DNA from: an uncultured Bacteroidales bacterium
GTDB taxonomy: Bacteria > Bacteroidota > Bacteroidia > Bacteroidales > Paludibacteraceae
Length of the DNA: 64,000 bases
Assembly: GCA_902798015.1 (NCBI GenBank)
Contig: CADBVL010000013.1
Coordinates: 147 to 64,146, forward strand
Direction: 5' to 3'
Under the pieces are notes generated by a model. That model ran no database searches. It saw only the letters and a program-made list of their open reading frames with translations, and had not been told where the DNA came from. This document shows, in pieces, positions 58,598 to 64,000 of this stretch. The stretch's first letter is position 1. Each line of letters starts with the position of its first letter. Position numbers and translations under genes: made by a program.

Positions 58598-59579
58598 GAA
58601 ACGCTTCTTCGACAGTAACGCCCTCTGGCTCTCGATGCTCATCGGTGCGCTCGGCTATAAACTCTTCCTTCCCCTCGCACCCATACTCCCGTGGCTGATT
58701 TTCTTCATGCTCTTTTTTACCTTCTGTAAAATCAATCCGCTGGATCTTCGTCTACATAAATGGCATTGGGTCGTTTTGGCAGTGCAGCTCCTTTTCTCCT
58801 TCGCCTCCTATGCGGGATTGATGTATTTTACGGGTGACAAGGTGCTCGCGCAGGGGATACTCATGTGTTTTATCATGCCTACCGCTACGGCGGCACCCAT
58901 CATAGCGGGAAAAATGGGAGGTTCCATACAGAATCTGACCACCTTTACTTTGCTTTCCAATTTCGCTACGGCCATCATTGTTCCGGCTACTTTCCCGCTC
59001 ATCAACCCCGCAGCGAACATGACTTTCTTTCCCGCTTTCCTGCTAATCCTTTCCCGCGTTGCCCCGCTCTTGTTAGGTCCCTTCTTCTCAGCCTGGCTCC
59101 TCCGGATAGCGTATCAGAGATGGACAAAAAAGGAGTTTGTATTATCTCGGGCGGCGGCGCAGATTCCTTTCTATCTCTGGGTGGCATCGATCGTTGTCCT
59201 CTCAGCCGTCGTAACGAATACAACCATACTCAATTTCCAATCTCAAATCGCCAATATACTAATTTTATTAGTATTATCTTTCTTCGCTTGCCTGCTGCAG
59301 TTCGGACTTGGCAAACTCATCGGCTATTATCTGCCGGCGCCGAGCAAGGGACGTGATTACCAGGATGTACTCATCAATCCTGCTGCGGCTCCTAAAACGA
59401 TGGAGGGCGTCTCTTCCATCACTGCCGGACAAGCGTTTGGACAGAAAAACACCTCACTTGGTGTGTGGATGGCGAATACCTATTTGGACCCGATGGCTTC
59501 ACTCGGAGCGGCGGCATATATTATTTGGCAGAATGTCTTTAATTCTGTTCAACTTTTCGTGGCGGCGCATAAAAAATAA
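58596..59579 (+). CDS. Bile acid:Na+ symporter (SBF/BASS)-like transporter
   Basis: About 9-10 TM helices and an FGQKNTSLGVWMA motif. The start is uncertain (TTG 58596 or ATG 58635). Confidence 0.6.
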   Translation: MKRFFDSNALWLSMLIGALGYKLFLPLAPILPWLIFFMLFFTFCKINPLDLRLHKWHWVVLAVQLLFSFASYAGLMYFTGDKVLAQGILMCFIMPTATAAPIIAGKMGGSIQNLTTFTLLSNFATAIIVPATFPLINPAANMTFFPAFLLILSRVAPLLLGPFFSAWLLRIAYQRWTKKEFVLSRAAAQIPFYLWVASIVVLSAVVTNTTILNFQSQIANILILLVLSFFACLLQFGLGKLIGYYLPAPSKGRDYQDVLINPAAAPKTMEGVSSITAGQAFGQKNTSLGVWMANTYLDPMASLGAAAYIIWQNVFNSVQLFVAAHKK

Positions 59580-59630
59580 TATTTTTTTATGTTTTGCAGC
59601 AAAATATTTGGTCGGGTCAAAAAAAAGCAG

Positions 59631-59638
59631 TACCTTTG
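59631..59638 (+). promoter_or_regulatory. Bacteroidetes -7 box TACCTTTG
   Basis: A8-GCAG-TACCTTTG, the same architecture as at 40802, 77 nt upstream of ATG 59715. Confidence 0.5.
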
Positions 59639-59714
59639 CTCGGTTTTTTAGAAAACTAAAGTTTATAACTTTATATACAACCAACTTTTTATTTAACTCA
59701 AATCAATCATTCTT

Positions 59715-60995
59715 ATGAGAAAAATTTTATCTCTTTTTGCTGCTGTCCTCTTCGCAGGCAGTATGATGGCAGGAACTATCGAATTTAGTGGTGCTGACTT
59801 CACCGGTGGTACGGCTAATACTGGTAGTGCTTTCTCTGTTACCAAGAATGGAGTCACAGTGTCTGCTAACAAAGCTTATGGCACTGGCTCGGAGCTCCGT
59901 GTTTATGCTACTGGTGGAGACGAAACGGCATCCGAACTTACAGTGTCTGCTGGTTCAGTAACTATTACAAAAATCACTCCGGAATTCGCTGCCAATAATA
60001 AGCTCACTTTTGAGGAGGCTACACCGAATGCAACTTCTTGGAGTATTGAGGCAACTAAGCAAATTCGTTTGTCTAAGTTAACTGTTACTATCGATGGTGA
60101 AAGTGGCACCAGCGAAGGTGGCGAAGAAGGCGGCGAAGGTGGTGAAGAAAGCGATTTGAATTACGACTACGAGCCGACGGAGGTAACCACAATCAACTTA
60201 GCGTTGGATTACATTTCTTACGCAGACTACACGGCTTCTGAAGGTGCTGTAGTAGTTACCATCGGTAACGCGGCTGACTTGCAGAGTGCTGATTCTTGGG
60301 CAGAACTCCTGTTCGTTGCTACTTCGTTCGATGGCGCAATTCCTGCCGGCACGTATGAGATCACGAATACGCAGGCTGAGGGTACGTTCTATGCTTCTCC
60401 GGGTGGTGATGATGAATATGATTATCCGTCCTACTTAGGCGTTCCTTCTTCAGAGGAAGGTTACTATGACCCGTATTATCTCATTTCCGGTACAGTTACT
60501 ATCGCTGCAAATGGTGCTCTTACGGTAAATGCTACTTCTTACAATGGTTCTACTATCACGCTGACATGCGCTGGTGAGCCTGCTGAAGAAGGCACGGATC
60601 CTGAGCTGAAAGACATCTACAACGTAGCTGAGGCTATCGCTGCGGTGGATGCAGAATTGATCAAGGATGACGATGAGATTACCGTACGTGGTGAGATTAC
60701 GAAGATTGCCATCAAGGGAAAGAACTTCGAGAAATACCATACCGCAACCTTCTATGTAAAGGACGTTACCGGCGCAGAGGGTGAATTCCAGTTCTTTAAC
60801 TGTGTATCTATCGGCGGTGCAACGTTCGCAAGCAGTAATCCTGCACACGATCCTGAAGGCTCTGCATGGGAAAACCCGACATCGGTTACCGATGCTAACG
60901 GCATCGAGGTAAAAGTGGGCGACATCATTGAGGTCAAGCCGGGCGAGCGTGTGCCTGTAGATACAAAGTTTACAATGCGATGGGTCAAATTGTGA
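59715..60995 (+). CDS. Hypothetical secreted protein with acidic Gly/Glu linker
   Basis: Signal peptide MRKILSLFAAVLFAGSMMA and linker GESGTSEGGEEGGEGGEES. The rest is beta-rich. No motif recognised. Confidence 0.55.
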   Translation: MRKILSLFAAVLFAGSMMAGTIEFSGADFTGGTANTGSAFSVTKNGVTVSANKAYGTGSELRVYATGGDETASELTVSAGSVTITKITPEFAANNKLTFEEATPNATSWSIEATKQIRLSKLTVTIDGESGTSEGGEEGGEGGEESDLNYDYEPTEVTTINLALDYISYADYTASEGAVVVTIGNAADLQSADSWAELLFVATSFDGAIPAGTYEITNTQAEGTFYASPGGDDEYDYPSYLGVPSSEEGYYDPYYLISGTVTIAANGALTVNATSYNGSTITLTCAGEPAEEGTDPELKDIYNVAEAIAAVDAELIKDDDEITVRGEITKIAIKGKNFEKYHTATFYVKDVTGAEGEFQFFNCVSIGGATFASSNPAHDPEGSAWENPTSVTDANGIEVKVGDIIEVKPGERVPVDTKFTMRWVKL

Positions 60996-61024
60996 AATAA
61001 GTAGATTTTTTAAATAAAAAATCA

Positions 61025-61063
61025 GAAAAAATGACATGCGCTCTTGCGTATGTCATTTTTTTG
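61025..61063 (+). terminator. Rho-independent terminator
   Basis: 12-bp stem AATGACATGCGC / GCGTATGTCATT (one G-U pair), loop TCTT, then T7. Confidence 0.8.
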
Positions 61064-61066
61064 TTG

Positions 61067-61074
61067 TACCTTTG
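61067..61074 (+). promoter_or_regulatory. Bacteroidetes -7 box TACCTTTG, part of palindrome ACCTTTGCGGCGCAAAGGT
   Basis: TAnnTTTG, 52 nt upstream of ATG 61126. Confidence 0.55.
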
Positions 61075-61125
61075 CGGCGCAAAGGTTTTCGAACCTCTTT
61101 TTGTTTAACTTAAAAATCTGTTATT

Positions 61126-64000
61126 ATGAAGAAAATCTTTTCTTTCTTTGCTGCCTTAATGGCAACGACAGTAATGGCTTTCGCTATGGAGATTGCAGTG
61201 CCGACAACGACACTTGATCTGCAAGATCCGACGATGGTCACAACAGCCGGCTGGACGGGCGAAGTCGCCTACTCTCTGGACGACGATGTGCTGGTTGTAT
61301 CCGGCTATGAGTCCTACAAGTCGGTAACCAAACAAACCTGGATCACATTCTCGAGCACAGGCAGTAGCAGCAACACATGGGATGCGCTTGCTCCGTTCAA
61401 GGGCTCCACGTACTACACTACCGCAAGTTATGCTACGCTGCAAGCCGGTCGCTACACCGCGTATCTGGTTACCGGTTGCGACTCCGTTTGGTTGTATGGC
61501 AAAAACAACGCTGCATCCAAGTATCTGAGAATGAACATCTATGATGTGACTGGATCGAGCGCAACTACCCTTGATGACGCAACTGTTGATCCTACGTATG
61601 CGGTATCGAATACCGCTACCACTGACCCGATGGTTTTGAAGCAGGAGTTGGATGCTGCCAAGACCTATCTGATTGTTACCACAGGTGTGGGAGGCAGCAA
61701 CAGTCGCGTCTTTGAGATTGCTTTCTTCCGCAACCCGGGTGCAACGCCCAAGACCTATTGGACTGTTGCCGGTAGTTCTGCAACACTTTTCGGTACTACT
61801 TGGGATCCGGCTAACAAAGCCAACGACATGATCAAGCAGGAGGACGGCTCCTACAAATGGGAGAAGACCGAGCTCGAGCTCGCTGCAGGTGAGATCGCTT
61901 TCAAAGTCTGCAAAGACCATGCATGGACGGAAGCATATCCTACTTCGGATTACAAACTCCCGATTGATGAGGCTGGTATCTATACCATCACCATCACGTT
62001 CGAGCCTGAGAACGAGAACAAAGTAAGTGCAGTCGCAACCAAGACCGGTGAGGCTGTTGTTCTCCCGACGGTTGTTCTCCACGGTAATTTCTCTGGTGAC
62101 TGGAAAGACACCGATCCGTTTGCGCCTGCAGAGAATAAAGAAACAGCAGAGTTGACACTCTCTTTGAAGAAAGGCACCTACGAGTTTGGCTTCAAATTCG
62201 ACGGCGCATGGAAAGCTAACGGCGCGAACATCACCCGCGCAGAGAATACCGCTAACCTCGCTACCGGAAGCGGTAACATGCATATCACGGCTGACGAAGA
62301 AGGCGACTATGTATTCACTTACACGTTCGAAACCCAAGGATTGGTAGTGGCTTATCCGGCTAAGACGATTCCGGAGGATTACGAAGCAATCTTTGCTTAC
62401 AACGGAAAAGGTACTACCAAAGCGGAAGAAGTGATCTACGAAGGCGGTACGCTGACTGCATACGGTTATGGTCAACCCGGACCGGAGGGAATGAATTCCA
62501 ATATGACGTACAATTCTTCCCAGAAGGGTAATATGACCATCAAGATCGGTAAGGGTTATCATAAGAATGCAGAAGGTGAAGGTTACTACTTCATGGCTAT
62601 CACCCTGGATAAGGCATTGGAAGAGGGCGACCTGCTCCAGGTAGCTGCTTTCCGTACAGGTGGTACGGACTGTGTCTTTGGCATGGACTTCAATGTAGAA
62701 GCTGACTCTGCTGCTGCAACCGACGAGTGCCAATACCTGTTTGAGAACAACCTCCAGATCCTCAGCTCGAATGGCGTGCCGACGGATGAGGTAATCGACA
62801 TCCCTGCTTGCGCAGTAGGTGCGAAATATATCCGTCTCTATCGCAAGAGCGGTAGCACAGGTCTCTATATCGCGAACTTCTCTGTATTCCGCAAGAAAGG
62901 CGGCGAGCCTGAGAAGGAATACGAACTCAAGAACTGCTGGGACGACGGCGAGTGGAAGTGGAAAGCAACCGTGAAAGACGGCGACGACTATAAACTCGAG
63001 AACGTTGTCTTCGGTGGTCAAGGTGTAAACTGGAGAGAGGTCGGCAGTGCAACGGATGGTACCTGGGTACCTGTAGCTGACTTCCTTGGTGACAACACCA
63101 TCGCTAAATTCGATACCGTAACACTCGCTCTGAATCCTACCGAGGGTAAGATTACCGCTACGCTCATTGGCAAGTACATCGATCCGGCTCCTGCTGATCC
63201 GACAGCTGCTATTATAGGTTCCTTCAATGAGTGGACAGAAGAAATTCCGTTTAAGCTCTCCGAGGATAAGAAGAAAGCTTCGCTGAGCGTTAATGATCTT
63301 GGCGCAGGTTTCTATGACTTCAAGATGGTCATCAACGGCGCATGGCGTTCGAATGGCTACGAGTTCCATCGTGGCTTCCCTGGTTGCGCAGGTATCTCCG
63401 AGAATAAGGCTGAGGACATGCGCTTCGAGGCAGACATAGCAGGCGCTTATACCTTCGAGTGGTACTTCGAGAACGACTCGCTCAACATCATCTTCCCGGA
63501 GAAACCCGTACCGACTGAGCCGACAGCGGCTGTTGCCGGAACGATGAGCGAATGGGAAGAGATTCCGTTCCAACTCTCTGAGGACAAGAAGAAAGCTACG
63601 CTGTTCAATGACAACATCAAGCCTGGCACGTATGCCTTCAAGATGATCATCAACGGCGAATGGCGTTCGAATGGCTACGAGTTCCATCGTGGCTTCCCTG
63701 GTTGCGCAGGTATTTCCGGTAATGAGCTGCAAAGCATGACCGTTGTAATAGATGTAGAGGGTGCTTACACCTTCGAGTGGTACTTCGAGAATGACTCGCT
63801 GGCTATCATCTTCCCGGAGGCACCGACTCCTGTCTTCGCAGACGGTTACTACCTCATGGGTTCCTTCAACGAGTGGGCTATCGCTGCTGAGAACCTCCTC
63901 CAGAGCAATCTCGAGGCTGAGGGTGAGGAGTATGTACTTAGCATCAACCTCAATGCTGGTGATGAGATCAAGGTGGCATTCGTAGAGGCTGATGAAGCTA
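61126..64000 (+). CDS. Large secreted multi-module protein, 3' end beyond window (ORF missing from supplied track)
   Basis: I checked frame 1 codon by codon from ATG 61126 (preceded by an in-frame TAA at 61111) to 64000 and found no stop. The signal peptide is MKKIFSFFAALMATTVMAFA. Repeated ~107-aa beta-sandwich modules (GSFNEW...AYTFEWYFENDSL.IIFPE) resemble those of the giant protein at 28504. Confidence 0.8.
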   Translation, partial: MKKIFSFFAALMATTVMAFAMEIAVPTTTLDLQDPTMVTTAGWTGEVAYSLDDDVLVVSGYESYKSVTKQTWITFSSTGSSSNTWDALAPFKGSTYYTTASYATLQAGRYTAYLVTGCDSVWLYGKNNAASKYLRMNIYDVTGSSATTLDDATVDPTYAVSNTATTDPMVLKQELDAAKTYLIVTTGVGGSNSRVFEIAFFRNPGATPKTYWTVAGSSATLFGTTWDPANKANDMIKQEDGSYKWEKTELELAAGEIAFKVCKDHAWTEAYPTSDYKLPIDEAGIYTITITFEPENENKVSAVATKTGEAVVLPTVVLHGNFSGDWKDTDPFAPAENKETAELTLSLKKGTYEFGFKFDGAWKANGANITRAENTANLATGSGNMHITADEEGDYVFTYTFETQGLVVAYPAKTIPEDYEAIFAYNGKGTTKAEEVIYEGGTLTAYGYGQPGPEGMNSNMTYNSSQKGNMTIKIGKGYHKNAEGEGYYFMAITLDKALEEGDLLQVAAFRTGGTDCVFGMDFNVEADSAAATDECQYLFENNLQILSSNGVPTDEVIDIPACAVGAKYIRLYRKSGSTGLYIANFSVFRKKGGEPEKEYELKNCWDDGEWKWKATVKDGDDYKLENVVFGGQGVNWREVGSATDGTWVPVADFLGDNTIAKFDTVTLALNPTEGKITATLIGKYIDPAPADPTAAIIGSFNEWTEEIPFKLSEDKKKASLSVNDLGAGFYDFKMVINGAWRSNGYEFHRGFPGCAGISENKAEDMRFEADIAGAYTFEWYFENDSLNIIFPEKPVPTEPTAAVAGTMSEWEEIPFQLSEDKKKATLFNDNIKPGTYAFKMIINGEWRSNGYEFHRGFPGCAGISGNELQSMTVVIDVEGAYTFEWYFENDSLAIIFPEAPTPVFADGYYLMGSFNEWAIAAENLLQSNLEAEGEEYVLSINLNAGDEIKVAFVEADEA
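63217..64000 (+). repeat. 321-nt (107-codon) tandem module repeat, at least 2.4 copies
   Basis: Module starts (GG(T/A)(T/A)C.(T/A)T... encoding GSFNEW / GTMSEW / GSFNEW) are at 63217, 63538 and 63859. A block of about 60 nt, TGGCGTTCGAATGGCTACGAGTTCCATCGTGGCTTCCCTGGTTGCGCAGGTAT, is identical in copies 1 and 2. Confidence 0.85.

Noticed and set aside
61156-63732. 858-aa minus-strand ORF in the supplied track
   Set aside because: It is antisense to the open frame-1 ORF from 61126, which has a promoter box, signal peptide and modular repeats. The minus translation is Cys/Arg/His-rich, has no signal or motif, and is a typical shadow ORF.

Overview
This is a 64-kb chromosomal segment with a clear Bacteroidota (Bacteroidales-like) signature. 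The evidence is a SusC/SusD pair, TAnnTTTG -7 promoter boxes, a 286-aa RpoD, GldD and T9SS-type C-terminal domains. Most of the window is housekeeping and runs mainly on the minus strand. It includes xerD, a lolE-like permease, rbfA, rpmH, recO, pgk, ddl, tgt, panD, rpoD, tRNA-Arg(TCT), trxA, clpC, dusB and a glycogen block (alpha-glucan phosphorylase, GH57, GT4, debranching enzyme). There are two accessory-looking loci. One is a 2226-aa secreted repeat protein with a small tail-anchored partner (28.5-35.7 kb). The other is a pair of secreted proteins at 59.7-64.0 kb. The second of these is a more than 958-codon ORF (61126 to the window end) that is absent from the supplied ORF track, where it is replaced by an antisense shadow ORF. 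The most unusual signal is the density of small repeats, not any single gene. Three repeat classes stand out. (1) A ~34-nt GC-rich hairpin element occurs about 10 times, mostly in frame inside conserved genes. (2) Period-7 tandem arrays (CTTTCAA, AATTATC, TAATTTT, ACATTAC and others) occur about 17 times at gene boundaries, across start or stop codons and in frame within CDSs. (3) A ~105-nt structured repeat occurs twice (next to xerD and next to rpoD/tRNA-Arg), with compensatory base changes in a hairpin. Two genes are frame-disrupted as sequenced (susC C-terminus, ddl). Two short genes missing from the track were found by hand (rpmH and a 59-aa RHH protein). All functional calls come from motif recognition by eye. 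No database search was run.
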